From an uncultured Gammaproteobacteria bacterium (GTDB lineage Bacteria > Patescibacteriota > Microgenomatia > JAMCZE01), in assembly GCA_964576435.1 (NCBI GenBank), contig CAZNUP010000001.1:442259-506258 (forward strand): a DNA stretch of 64,000 nucleotides, in the 5' to 3' direction. Shown one piece after another: positions 9,484-19,516 of the stretch. A program made the position numbers and the translations under genes. Positions within the stretch are counted from its first letter, which is position 1. Every line of letters begins with the position of its first letter. Below the pieces are notes generated by a model. The model searched no databases and was not told where the DNA came from. It saw only the letters and a list, made by a program, of their open reading frames with translations.

Positions 9484-10743
9484 TTTCCTAGATAGCTCAA
9501 AAAGATAGACCCCGTATGGGTAGTTCCATTGTTTTACAAATTTTGAATTAGCTGAGGCCCGAACTTCCCATTGGTCACTCTTAAGAACTTCCTTAAGTGG
9601 TGTCTTTGAAACAATATAGATAGTTTTTGCAATTGGATATTCACTCACTCCCGTTGGTGGGTGTCCAGAATAGGTAAGAAGTGCTCGAAGATAAGAAGCC
9701 CGAGCGTCACCTGTTATTACATCAATTACACTACTATCAGGTTTGTTTTCAGAAATTATGTGGTCACGCATGCTGGAAAGAACTGTATAGCTCAGACCTT
9801 CAGGGGTTAAATATCCATGAGACGGTTTAGGTAGGAGTTGTGAAAGGGACCAATATATATATACGACGAGAATTGGAATGACAATAATTCTTTTTGACTG
9901 CCATATACGGTTAAGCAGCCGTGCTGCCCCAAAAAAAGCAAATGGAAAGATGAACAAGAAATATTGAATTGCCCAAGAGCCTGGTGCACTATTTTTTCCA
10001 TTAATTTGGGACAAAAGATACAAGACCATTGTCTCCGCGTTGTAAAAACGATGTTTAAGGTCAAAGACAATAAGTGGCGAAAAACCAATACAAAAACCAA
10101 GCACAATCAATACTAAATGTTTAAGGCTTACTAATTTTTGTCTCACAAGTGCAATAAAACTACAAATGCTTACTATTACAAAGGAATAGTGCGCCTGAAA
10201 TCCAAGCCCCCACAATATTCCAATTGCTAAAATTAACCCGAAATTTTTAATTCTTCCTGTTGCAGGTAAAAACAAGTGAGCCGCTAACAATAGACAACAT
10301 ATTGGAATTAGTAAATTGGCATTCCATAGAAATCTACTGAAATTGACCATTGTGGGTGACAAAGCGAATATTATTCCAAAAAATATCGCTGTTTTGAAAC
10401 CAAAACGTCTTTTTAGCGCGTAAAGAAGAATCATAAATGCCCCAAACTGCACGAGGATTAAATAATATGAAATGACTAGTGCATTCCACCCAAACATAAT
10501 TACAGCTGGAATTGGCACATAATAAATAAGGGGTCCAAAGAAAAACATTCTTCCACCAGGGAGTGCAAATGAAGACGGTGGCCCAAGAAGTGTTAGTTCA
10601 TGATTATGAACTATGTCGTATATCGCTAGCATGTGAAGTCCTTGGTCGGTTCCAGCCGTAGTAAAATCAGGCAAATGCCAAAGCCTCAGAAAAAAGAAGC
10701 AAAAAATGACAAAACAGGTTAAAATAATCTTAGGTGAGGTCAC
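9454..10743 (-). CDS. GT-C fold membrane glycosyltransferase (PMT_2-like), antisense-embedded in the + strand operon
   Basis: 429 aa polytopic protein. N-terminal loop TDQGLHML and LLGPPSSFAL motifs. GTG start at 10743. Its 3' end overlaps the upstream + gene by 30 nt (convergent). Confidence 0.45.
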   Translation of the reverse strand: MTSPKIILTCFVIFCFFFLRLWHLPDFTTAGTDQGLHMLAIYDIVHNHELTLLGPPSSFALPGGRMFFFGPLIYYVPIPAVIMFGWNALVISYYLILVQFGAFMILLYALKRRFGFKTAIFFGIIFALSPTMVNFSRFLWNANLLIPICCLLLAAHLFLPATGRIKNFGLILAIGILWGLGFQAHYSFVIVSICSFIALVRQKLVSLKHLVLIVLGFCIGFSPLIVFDLKHRFYNAETMVLYLLSQINGKNSAPGSWAIQYFLFIFPFAFFGAARLLNRIWQSKRIIVIPILVVYIYWSLSQLLPKPSHGYLTPEGLSYTVLSSMRDHIISENKPDSSVIDVITGDARASYLRALLTYSGHPPTGVSEYPIAKTIYIVSKTPLKEVLKSDQWEVRASANSKFVKQWNYPYGVYLFELSRKSSNEVTSQK

Positions 10744-10745
10744 AT

Positions 10746-12302
10746 ATGAATTTTACATCAACAGGAGAGAAAATAAAGAAATTTTTTGGACGAAAAGGTG
10801 TTGTTGAGGGAATACTCATTTTAGGCATTGTCTTCAATATCTTTGCCATGTCCTTCTTTGCTCTTCACAAAGACGTCAACTTCATTTCCGATGTATCAAG
10901 GGACTTTCTGCTTTATCAAGAAATTGATGTCAAAAAGATAGTTCTTATTGGCCCAAGATCAAGTACAGAAGGCATATTCCATGGTCCGCTATGGCTTTAC
11001 TTGAATTATCCATCATATCTTCTAGGTCATGGTGATCCAGTGGTGGTAGGATACTTTTGGTTATTCCTAGGCGTTGCTTTCCTTGGCTGTGGTTACTTTG
11101 TGGCAAATAAATTGTTTGGGAAAACTGCAGCCCTTGTTTATGTTCTCCTCCTGTCAGGAAACATGATTTTCCTAACTTCTGGGATGTTTAATCCGCATGG
11201 GGCTTTATTTTTGATGCCATTCTTCTTCTTAACTATTTTCCTCTATCAAAAGTTGCAGAAGTGGTGGTACTTGGCGATTCACATTTTTTTGGCTGGGCTA
11301 ATTATCCAGTTTCAAATGGCTGTAGGAATTCCGCTTCTTCTTTTATCTGGCGCTTTTGTTCTATTTTCTGTTTGGAAATCAAAAAAATATCTGCATCTTT
11401 TGCTTTTCGCAATCCTGATTCCAACTCTTTCGACTTTCTTCATCTTTGAACTACGTCATGGATTCACCATGACCAAATCAATCTTGCACTATGCAAGTCC
11501 AGAAGGAAGTAATGGTCAAATATTTGATTACGCTTACATGATTTACGACCGAATTGATAGGCTCCTTCAAGCCTATTTTGGTCAAGGAATGACAGCTCCC
11601 ATTGTTGGATTTGTTTTTGCAATTGTTGCCATTTTGACCTACATAGAAATAAAAACTAATCCTAAAACAAGGTCCACATATCTTTTGATTCTTTATTACT
11701 ATGTTGGATATGTGGCTCTGACATTTGTTAACAAAGGTCCCGTTCTTGAACACCAGTTTTTTCCAATTCTCGCCCTGACAGACCTATGGTTAGCCTCTTT
11801 GGTAGTTACTAAACACAAGTATCTCTTTGCTGGACTTATTACCCTAATATTCCTATTTAACTTTAACTACGCAAGAGAATATCTTAAAAAAAGTCAGGAT
11901 TTTGTAGGTAAAGATATAAGTTCATGGAGGTTTTTGTCACAAGTGGCAGAAGACATTTCAAAAAGGCAAAACGGCAAAGATTTTGGCTATTTTGTCTATT
12001 CTCCAGACGCATTTGCTTACCAGCCTCGCTATGCAATGATTTATAACTTCAAAAAATTAGGTGCAAATGCCAAAGAGTATGTTAAAGAGCCAGTAACTTA
12101 CATCATTTCTGCTCCCGACGCCTCACACAATCCATTTGTAAACAGGGAGGGCTGGATTAGGGAAAAGACGTTCATTAATGCAAAACCTGTATGGTCCAAA
12201 GACTACCTAAATGGCTATTTAATTGAAGAATTTAAGTTGAAGGGGAAGAATCTAGAAACTCCCCATGATAGAAATATTGAACTTGGGATTCATTTCCGCT
12301 GA
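10746..12302 (+). CDS. Membrane protein with a C-terminal soluble domain, putative GT-C glycosyltransferase
   Basis: Multi-TM N-terminus with FHGPLWLYLNYPSY (hPPL-like motif). ATG at 10746 is preferred over the GTG at 10734. Confidence 0.4.
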   Translation: MNFTSTGEKIKKFFGRKGVVEGILILGIVFNIFAMSFFALHKDVNFISDVSRDFLLYQEIDVKKIVLIGPRSSTEGIFHGPLWLYLNYPSYLLGHGDPVVVGYFWLFLGVAFLGCGYFVANKLFGKTAALVYVLLLSGNMIFLTSGMFNPHGALFLMPFFFLTIFLYQKLQKWWYLAIHIFLAGLIIQFQMAVGIPLLLLSGAFVLFSVWKSKKYLHLLLFAILIPTLSTFFIFELRHGFTMTKSILHYASPEGSNGQIFDYAYMIYDRIDRLLQAYFGQGMTAPIVGFVFAIVAILTYIEIKTNPKTRSTYLLILYYYVGYVALTFVNKGPVLEHQFFPILALTDLWLASLVVTKHKYLFAGLITLIFLFNFNYAREYLKKSQDFVGKDISSWRFLSQVAEDISKRQNGKDFGYFVYSPDAFAYQPRYAMIYNFKKLGANAKEYVKEPVTYIISAPDASHNPFVNREGWIREKTFINAKPVWSKDYLNGYLIEEFKLKGKNLETPHDRNIELGIHFR

Positions 12303-12967
12303 TGACAATATTAGTAGTCATTCCCGCCTTTAATGAACACGGAAAAATTCAGGAAACTATTCGTGATCTCAAAAAAAATGGATATAAAAATATGGTTGTC
12401 GTTGACGATGGGTCAAGTGACCAAACAGGGAAGCTCGCTAAAAAGGAAAATGTTGAAGTTTTAACCCATATAGTAAATAGAGGCCTAGGTGCTGCTTTGG
12501 GAACAGGTTTTGAGTATGCTAAAGAAAATGAACCAGATATCTTAGTTACCTTCGATGCCGATGGACAGATGCAAGCAAAAGACATAAAGGCACTTGTAAA
12601 ACCAATTGAAGAAAAAAAAGCCGATGTCGTGATTGGATCGCGTGCCTTAGATCAAAAAAACATGCCTCCAGTTAGAATAGTTCTCAATTGGATAAGTAAC
12701 TTTGCGACACTTATCCTTTATGGTGTCTGGACCACTGATTCTTTATCTGGTTTTAGATCCTTTGATAAAGACGCGTATAATAAGATTCAAATAAAGACAG
12801 ACCGCATGGAAGTGAGCAATGAGTTTTTTAAAGAGATAAAGAGAAATAATTTAAAATTTGTTGAGATCCCTATTAAAGCAATTTATACAGATTACAGTAA
12901 AAAGAATTCCAAAAACTCCGACCCATTTGATATTGGCTTTAAACTACTGTTAAGATTGTTCAGATAA
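12302..12967 (+). CDS. GT2 polyprenyl-phosphate sugar synthase (GtrB/DPM1-like)
   Basis: ILVVIPAFNEHGKI...VVVDDGSSDQT and TFDADGQ DxD. Confidence 0.7.
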   Translation: MTILVVIPAFNEHGKIQETIRDLKKNGYKNMVVVDDGSSDQTGKLAKKENVEVLTHIVNRGLGAALGTGFEYAKENEPDILVTFDADGQMQAKDIKALVKPIEEKKADVVIGSRALDQKNMPPVRIVLNWISNFATLILYGVWTTDSLSGFRSFDKDAYNKIQIKTDRMEVSNEFFKEIKRNNLKFVEIPIKAIYTDYSKKNSKNSDPFDIGFKLLLRLFR

Positions 12968-12968
12968 T

Positions 12969-13298
12969 ATGTCTTTATTACAAATTTTTCTAACTATTTT
13001 CCTTGTTTTTGCCCTAAGTAGAGTAGTTCTTAGATTTAAAGATAGAAAAATAAAACCAGTTGAGTTTGCCTTTTGGAGCATTCTTTTTAGTGCTGCAATT
13101 GTCGGTGTGATTTTGCCAGAAGAAACCACTAGATTTGCGAAATTACTTGGAATCGGCCGCGGTGTTGATCTCATTGTTTATGCTTCAATAGCAACTCTTT
13201 TTTACTTGGTCTTCAGACTTTATATTCTTCTCGAAGACGTGAGACATGAAATTACTAATTTGGTTCGTGAACTTGCTCTTAAAGATAAGAAAAAATGA
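12969..13298 (+). CDS. Small membrane protein, DUF2304-like (often partnered with GtrB-like GT2)
   Basis: 109 aa with 3-4 TM and a C-terminal amphipathic ...VRELALKDKKK. Sits immediately after the GtrB-like gene. Confidence 0.45.
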   Translation: MSLLQIFLTIFLVFALSRVVLRFKDRKIKPVEFAFWSILFSAAIVGVILPEETTRFAKLLGIGRGVDLIVYASIATLFYLVFRLYILLEDVRHEITNLVRELALKDKKK

Positions 13299-14374
13299 AA
13301 ATTTTGTGGTTTACAGAGTTTTACCCAAAAGATAATGATGGTAAATTTGTCGGAGGCGTTCAAACAAGGTGTTATTTTGTAGGTCGCCATATTTCAAAGA
13401 ATCAAAATCTCCAAATAATTGAAGGTGTTCCAGAAAAATTTACAAAAGCATCCTTCCTCACACTTTTTATTAGAGCATTGTATTTGCCACTAGAAGTTTA
13501 CAAAGGGTTAAATTCTGATTTTGATATTGTCGAAGCATCGAATTTTGTAATGTATCTTCCAGCTTGGATCGTAGGAAGGTTGAAAAACAAACCAGTGGTT
13601 TTTTGGTACGCGGATGTTTTTTTGGGATCATGGGTTAAAAATGTTGGCCCCGTAGGTATTATTGGAGAACGTGCCGAAAAATGGATTTTAGGTTTAAAAG
13701 GGGTTCACTATATAGCTATAAGTAACGTAGTAAAGGACAAACTAATTAAAGCAGGAGTACCTAAAGATAAAATTACAGTAATCTACTGTGGTGTTAGTAG
13801 TGAAGAAATAAAGTTAGTGAAAAAAGGCCCCAAAGTGCGCGATCTCATATCTGTTTCTCGTCTAACAAGTTATAAAAAGATTGACACTCTTATAACTGCC
13901 GTAGATAAGTTGAAGGTTAAATTGAATCAAATACAACTTGGGATTGTCGGTTGGGGAGCTGAAGAAAAAAAATTAAAAGATCAAGCCCGTAATTTACATC
14001 TTGAAGAAAATGTAACTTTTTTTGGACAAATTCCCTCGCACAAAGAAGTTTTAGAAAAAATTTCTGAATCAAAAGTTTTTTGCCATCCATCTCTTGTTGA
14101 AGGTTTCGGTATTTCAATAATTGAAGCCCTTGCCTTGGGTGTTCCAGCAGTTATTGCCAAGACCCCAATTGCTGAAGAAATAACTAATGGTGGTCAAGGT
14201 GTTCTATTTTTTGACTCTCAACAAGGTCTTGAATCTAAAATTACCAATCTCCTTACTGATGCCAAATTATATACATCTAAAAGAAATGAAGGTTTAACTC
14301 TAGCTAAAAACTATTTTTGGGAAGATATTTCCAAAGAAACACTTAAATTTTATGAAAATTTGCATAATAACTGA
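13295..14374 (+). CDS. GT4 family glycosyltransferase
   Basis: EGFGISIIEALALGVPAVIAKT motif. Confidence 0.75.
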   Translation: MKILWFTEFYPKDNDGKFVGGVQTRCYFVGRHISKNQNLQIIEGVPEKFTKASFLTLFIRALYLPLEVYKGLNSDFDIVEASNFVMYLPAWIVGRLKNKPVVFWYADVFLGSWVKNVGPVGIIGERAEKWILGLKGVHYIAISNVVKDKLIKAGVPKDKITVIYCGVSSEEIKLVKKGPKVRDLISVSRLTSYKKIDTLITAVDKLKVKLNQIQLGIVGWGAEEKKLKDQARNLHLEENVTFFGQIPSHKEVLEKISESKVFCHPSLVEGFGISIIEALALGVPAVIAKTPIAEEITNGGQGVLFFDSQQGLESKITNLLTDAKLYTSKRNEGLTLAKNYFWEDISKETLKFYENLHNN

Positions 14375-15368
14375 TGCTTGGAAACCTATCTGGGGAGGCG
14401 GTCAGGAACACATTTGGCAAATCTCCAATATTCTTGCAAAAGAGGGTTTTAACATAACTGTTTTGGCTCCAAATTTAGGGCCACAGAGTGAAAGTTATTA
14501 TTCAGGTAATTTAAAAATACTAAGGATTGGTCCAAAATTTACTTTTCCTAATGTTTTTGGGCGAGCACTTTTTTTACTATCTGTCCTCAAGTTTGAGCTT
14601 TTAAATGACTTTGATATATATCACACCGAAGCCAGTGATGCTGTTATCCAACCTTTAGTAAAAGTTTTCAAACCAAAATCTAAATTCATTTATACAGTTC
14701 ATGGTGCTGGACAAGAAATTTTAAACGGCGGACTAATAAATTCTTTTAATATTATTCAAAAAATATGGCTCTATCTTATCTATAAATATCCCTGGGACGC
14801 GCTCTTAACAGCAGCTAAAAGCACAATAAAGGGAGAAGTTAAAGCGAAAGAGTTTGTAGTTATTGGCAACGGAGTAAATATTGATGAAATTGAAAAAGTT
14901 AAGGCTCAAAAAGAAAAAGGCAAATATAAAGTAGTTTGGGCAGGAAGAATTGATGATCCTATTAAAGGCGTTAAATACCTAAAAGAAGCGGCTGATTCAC
15001 TATCTTATGTAGATCTTGAATTAGTCACTAATAAACCTCACTCTGAGGTAATAAAAGCGCTAAAGAAAGCTGATCTATTTGTTCTCCCATCACTTTCTGA
15101 AGGTCTTCCATTAATTCTTCTAGAAGCAATGGCTGCAGGGCTCCCTGTAGTTGTAACAGATGTGGGTGATTGCAGGGAAATCGTCGAAAAGTCAGGAGTA
15201 GGAATCATTGTTGAAAAAGGCAGCTCCAAGGCATTAGCAGAGGGAATTGAAGTAATGTATAAATCTAAAAATCGAAAAACCGGTTTTAACTATATTAAAG
15301 ATCATTATACTTGGGATAAAATTGCCGAAATACAAAAGCAAGTTTATGAAGAAGCAACCGCAAACTAG
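14352..15368 (+). CDS. GT4 family glycosyltransferase
   Basis: SEGLPLILLEAMAAGLPVVVTDVG motif. Confidence 0.75.
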   Translation: MKICIITDAWKPIWGGGQEHIWQISNILAKEGFNITVLAPNLGPQSESYYSGNLKILRIGPKFTFPNVFGRALFLLSVLKFELLNDFDIYHTEASDAVIQPLVKVFKPKSKFIYTVHGAGQEILNGGLINSFNIIQKIWLYLIYKYPWDALLTAAKSTIKGEVKAKEFVVIGNGVNIDEIEKVKAQKEKGKYKVVWAGRIDDPIKGVKYLKEAADSLSYVDLELVTNKPHSEVIKALKKADLFVLPSLSEGLPLILLEAMAAGLPVVVTDVGDCREIVEKSGVGIIVEKGSSKALAEGIEVMYKSKNRKTGFNYIKDHYTWDKIAEIQKQVYEEATAN

Positions 15369-16125
15369 CTCCAAGCTTTGGGATGGACTTTGGAAAAATC
15401 ATGCTCCTGAAAATTACGCTTCCACTCTTTTAAAGTCAGAGTCACATGGGATTAGATGGCAAAGAATTAAAAAGACTGTAATCAAGAATCACAAATCATT
15501 TAAAAATCTTCGTGTCATAGAAATTGGTGCTGGAACTGGAGTTAATTCACTACTTATGGCTAAACAAGGGGCAAGGGTAACAATTCTAGATTATTCTGAA
15601 GAAGCCTTAAAAAAAGCAAAAAAAGTCTTTAAGAATGAGAAAACCCCCGCTACTTTTGTGTTGGCGGATGCTTTCCATCTTCCAAAAAAACACCTCAAAA
15701 GATATGACATTGCAATGTCCTTTGGCTTAGCGGAACATTTCCTAGGGAAAAAACGACAAGCGATATTTAATGCACATTTTAATCTATTAAATAAAAATGG
15801 CATTGCTATTATTTCGGTTCCCAACTCATGGAATTTGCCCTATAGAGTGTCCAAGTTTATTGGGCAAATGACACCATATTGGAAAGTGGGTGGGGAGTAC
15901 CCATTCACAAGGAAAGAATTAAAAAATATCTGTAAAGTCAGTAAAGTCACTAATTTCAGTTTCATCGGTGACTCTCTAATTACCTCGTTAAATTTTATTA
16001 ACCCTTTTTGGATTATGCAAAGAGTTAAAAAGAAACCACACAAAGTTTTAAAAAAAGAAATTGGCACGCCCTTAGATGAATATCTAAGCTACTCCTTAGT
16101 TCTTGTTGCAAAGCATGCTATTTAG
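15322..16125 (+). CDS. Class I SAM-dependent methyltransferase
   Basis: VIEIGAGTGVNS motif I. Confidence 0.6.
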   Translation: MPKYKSKFMKKQPQTSSKLWDGLWKNHAPENYASTLLKSESHGIRWQRIKKTVIKNHKSFKNLRVIEIGAGTGVNSLLMAKQGARVTILDYSEEALKKAKKVFKNEKTPATFVLADAFHLPKKHLKRYDIAMSFGLAEHFLGKKRQAIFNAHFNLLNKNGIAIISVPNSWNLPYRVSKFIGQMTPYWKVGGEYPFTRKELKNICKVSKVTNFSFIGDSLITSLNFINPFWIMQRVKKKPHKVLKKEIGTPLDEYLSYSLVLVAKHAI

Positions 16126-17521
16126 TTCGCCAATTTTTATTTTTCTTTTCCTGCCTCTTGTTTTCTTCACTTATCAATTTGTTCCTAGAAGATTTAAAAA
16201 TCTTCATCTTTTAATTGCAAGTCTAATTTTTTATTCATTAGGGGAACAAAAATTAGCATTAGTTTTAATAGTTTCAACTTTAACAAACTATTTTTTAGCA
16301 AAAAAACTAACCAAAGGAAAAGCTAAAAAGAAAATCCTAATTATTGGAGTAATTTTCAATCTCGGCATATTAATTTCCTTCAAATATTTATCATTTTTTA
16401 CATTGAATATAAATATTCTCGCTAGTTATTTCCAAATACCACCGCTTAACATTCCGTCTTTGCCGTTACCATTAGGTGTTTCTTTCTATACCTTCCACAC
16501 TCTTTCATATCTTTTTGATATTTATAGAAAAAAGGCTAAGCCTGCTAAAAGCATTATCGACTTTGCACTCTATGTCTCTTTCTTCCCACAGTTAATAGCA
16601 GGCCCCATCATTCGTTATCATGATATTTCAAGCCAGCTTGTAAAAAGAATTGTCACAAACGACAAACTGCAATATGGCATAACTAGGTTTATCCAAGGGT
16701 TGGCAAAGAAAGTTCTGATTGCCAACTCTATTGGTTTAGTTGCAGATGCAATTTTTGCTTCTCCTGTAGCTAATCTAAATCCAGCTTTAGCCTGGTTTGG
16801 TGTAATTTGTTACGCTCTTCAAATTTATTTTGACTTTTCAGGTTATTCAGATATGGCAATTGGGCTTGGAAAAATGTTTGGGTTCGATATTTTGGAAAAC
16901 TTTAACTACCCTTATATTTCACAGTCGATTACTGAATTTTGGCGCCGTTGGCATATTTCATTGTCAAATTGGTTCAAGGATTATGTCTACATTCCTCTTG
17001 GAGGCAATCGCGGAGGCACATTAAAAACAGTTAGAAATTTAATGATAGTCTTTCTTCTCTGTGGCTTTTGGCACGGGGCTAGTTGGAATTTTATAGTTTG
17101 GGGCGCTAGCCAAGGAGGGTTTTTAGTTATTGAACGTCTTGGTTTAAAGAAGATCACAGACTCACTGTGGTGGCCGTTAAGACATGTATATGCCTTAACA
17201 ATTATTCTAATAAGTTGGGTATTCTTTAGATCGATTTCTCTTGATTATGCACTCCACTTTATTGCTAAGCTATTTAATCTTGGTCAAAATTCTTCACCCA
17301 CCTTGAACATAAATATATATTTAACACCCCAGTTCATTTTGATACTTGTTCTCGGAGTGATATTTTGTACACCTATCTGGCAAAAACTGCAAAACAAGAG
17401 ATTTAGTCTCACACCTGCGTTTAACTTCACATACCACACGCTTTTAATATTTTTATTTCTCTTGACTCTTATGCACTTAGCAACCGCAACCTACAGCCCA
17501 TTTATATATTTTAGATTTTAA
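16103..17521 (+). CDS. MBOAT family membrane O-acyltransferase (AlgI/DltB-like)
   Basis: FYTFHTLSYLFD, FPQLIAGPIIRY and FWRRWHISLSNWFKDYVYIPLGGNRG motifs. Confidence 0.85.
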   Translation: MLQSMLFSSPIFIFLFLPLVFFTYQFVPRRFKNLHLLIASLIFYSLGEQKLALVLIVSTLTNYFLAKKLTKGKAKKKILIIGVIFNLGILISFKYLSFFTLNINILASYFQIPPLNIPSLPLPLGVSFYTFHTLSYLFDIYRKKAKPAKSIIDFALYVSFFPQLIAGPIIRYHDISSQLVKRIVTNDKLQYGITRFIQGLAKKVLIANSIGLVADAIFASPVANLNPALAWFGVICYALQIYFDFSGYSDMAIGLGKMFGFDILENFNYPYISQSITEFWRRWHISLSNWFKDYVYIPLGGNRGGTLKTVRNLMIVFLLCGFWHGASWNFIVWGASQGGFLVIERLGLKKITDSLWWPLRHVYALTIILISWVFFRSISLDYALHFIAKLFNLGQNSSPTLNINIYLTPQFILILVLGVIFCTPIWQKLQNKRFSLTPAFNFTYHTLLIFLFLLTLMHLATATYSPFIYFRF

Positions 17522-17523
17522 AA

Positions 17524-18651
17524 GTGAAGCAAGCAAAATACATTTTAAATAATTTCTTCGTTTGTCTATTTTTATTCATTATTTGCCTTCCTCTTTTGCA
17601 AATGATCTTTAAATTTGTCCCGGAGTATAAAAATACTGAAAAAAGAGAATTAACAACTTTTTCTTTATCAGAAAATTCCTCTCCTTGGGATTTAGTTAAC
17701 AACTTTACTAACTTTTTTAATGATAATTTTGGTTTTAGAACTTGGCTTATTCACAATAATACTTATTTAACTGCAAAATATTTAAGAACATCAGCTATTC
17801 CTTATGTGACAATTGGTAAAGACGGTTGGCTATTTTATACATCGGAATCACTTGATGATGGGCAAAGTACAAATGATTATCAAGGTTTAGTTCCACTAGA
17901 TAATTCTAAATTGGAAGCAATATTAGAAAATTTATCTAGGTTAGATAGAAATTTAGAAGAAAAGGGAATTATTTTTATGGTTTTAGTAGCACCTAACAAG
18001 CAAACTATTTATGGAGACTATTTGCCTGACAATCTATCAAAACGTGGTCACGAGACGAGGTTCGATCAGATAAAAAGGTTTTTGGTGGGAAAAGATATCA
18101 ATTTTCTTGAAGTTCGTTCAATTCTACAAAATCCTCCAGAAAACTACCCCACTTTTTATAAAACAGACACCCATTGGAATACTTATGGTGCTTATCTAAC
18201 GGCAAAATTGCTAATGGAGGAGTTAAACAAAATTGATCCTAAAGTTGAAAAAATTAAAAATCAAAATTTTACCTTTGATAGGATGAATGACATTGAGTCT
18301 GGCGATATAGCTACGATGCTTTCACTGGAAGAGTTCTATAAAGATGAAGATATTTCTATAAAGTCCAAAAACAAAAATGAGAACAAACTAAATACCAAGC
18401 TCCAAACCTATAAAAATGGCATAAGCGGGTTTCGTATTAAATCAAAGAATGACAACGGACAAAAAATAATCGTTTTTAGTGATTCCTACGGAGCGAAACT
18501 AATACCATTTATTTCTCCACATTTTACAAGTAGCCTATTTTTAGGTGGTGGAAAATACCGAGTTGATGAAAATATTGTGGATTCAGAAAAACCGGATATT
18601 GTTGTTTGGGAAGTTGCAGAAAGGTTTGTCAATCTTCTTTCAAATCCCTGA
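17524..18651 (+). CDS. AlgX/AlgJ-like (DHHW family) SGNH-like O-acyl transfer partner of MBOAT
   Basis: N-terminal signal/TM and YKTDTHWNTYGAY (DxHW signature of the AlgJ/AlgX N-domain). Located directly after the MBOAT gene. Confidence 0.6.
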   Translation: MKQAKYILNNFFVCLFLFIICLPLLQMIFKFVPEYKNTEKRELTTFSLSENSSPWDLVNNFTNFFNDNFGFRTWLIHNNTYLTAKYLRTSAIPYVTIGKDGWLFYTSESLDDGQSTNDYQGLVPLDNSKLEAILENLSRLDRNLEEKGIIFMVLVAPNKQTIYGDYLPDNLSKRGHETRFDQIKRFLVGKDINFLEVRSILQNPPENYPTFYKTDTHWNTYGAYLTAKLLMEELNKIDPKVEKIKNQNFTFDRMNDIESGDIATMLSLEEFYKDEDISIKSKNKNENKLNTKLQTYKNGISGFRIKSKNDNGQKIIVFSDSYGAKLIPFISPHFTSSLFLGGGKYRVDENIVDSEKPDIVVWEVAERFVNLLSNP

Positions 18652-18688
18652 TGACTTTGATTCCGTTATAATATAACCTATATCTCTT

Positions 18689-19513
18689 ATGGCAGATGTA
18701 CTAGTTATCAAACCTCAAACAACTTGGTGGAAAATAAATATACGCGAACTATGGAACTATCGTGAACTGCTTTATATCCTAACTTGGCGTGATGTCAAGG
18801 TTAGATATAAACAGACGGTTCTTGGGGTGTTTTGGGTTGTCATCCAACCATTAGCAACCACCGGTATTTTCAGCATTTTCTTTGGCCAAATAGCAAAGAT
18901 TCCCTCAGATGGTATGCCTTACCCTTTGTTTGTGTTTTTAGGTTTGACTCTTTGGAACTTTTTTTCAAGCGGGGTTTCTGCAGCAAGTAACAGTATTCTC
19001 TCAAATCAAGGCCTGGTACAAAAAATCTACTTCCCACGCATTATCATTCTTGCCTCAGCAATCTTAACTTCGGGTGTAGATTTTCTAGTGAGCTTTTGTT
19101 TATTGATTGTAGCCCTGCTTTTTTATGGCTACATTCCAAATATTGGTCAAGTTTTAATTTTCTTCCCAATCATTTTCCTACTGCTTTTTATGTTGATGTT
19201 AGGTATTGGAATGCTTTCTTCTTCAGTCAATGTAAAATATCGCGACGTTCGTTATCTTTTGCCTTTTGCTATTCAATTAGGCCTTTATGTAAGTCCAATT
19301 ATTTATCCTTACTCAGCAGTAACTGGTTTTAAAAAAACACTTTTAGCCTTTAATCCTCTAACAGGAATTATTGAAGCGTATAGATCGGTGTTAACAAATA
19401 CCCCTGTCAATTTGCCACTTTTAGGAATTGCCGCTGTGGTCTGCGTTGTCTTTTTTGTGGCCGGTCTTTGGTACTTTAGACAAGTTGAATCATATTTTGC
19501 AGATATCGCATAA
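18689..19513 (+). CDS. ABC-2 type polysaccharide export permease (Wzm/TagG/KpsM-like)
   Basis: 274 aa with 6 TM and the ABC-2 signature region RDVKVRYKQTVLGVFWVVIQPL. Confidence 0.7.
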   Translation: MADVLVIKPQTTWWKINIRELWNYRELLYILTWRDVKVRYKQTVLGVFWVVIQPLATTGIFSIFFGQIAKIPSDGMPYPLFVFLGLTLWNFFSSGVSAASNSILSNQGLVQKIYFPRIIILASAILTSGVDFLVSFCLLIVALLFYGYIPNIGQVLIFFPIIFLLLFMLMLGIGMLSSSVNVKYRDVRYLLPFAIQLGLYVSPIIYPYSAVTGFKKTLLAFNPLTGIIEAYRSVLTNTPVNLPLLGIAAVVCVVFFVAGLWYFRQVESYFADIA

Positions 19514-19516
19514 CTT

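Noticed and set aside
10734-10745. GTG at 10734 as the start of the + gene (ORF-track start)
   Set aside because: The ATG at 10746 (MNFTS...) is only four codons downstream and avoids overlapping the divergent GTG start of the minus-strand gene. The evidence is weak either way, so the ATG was preferred.
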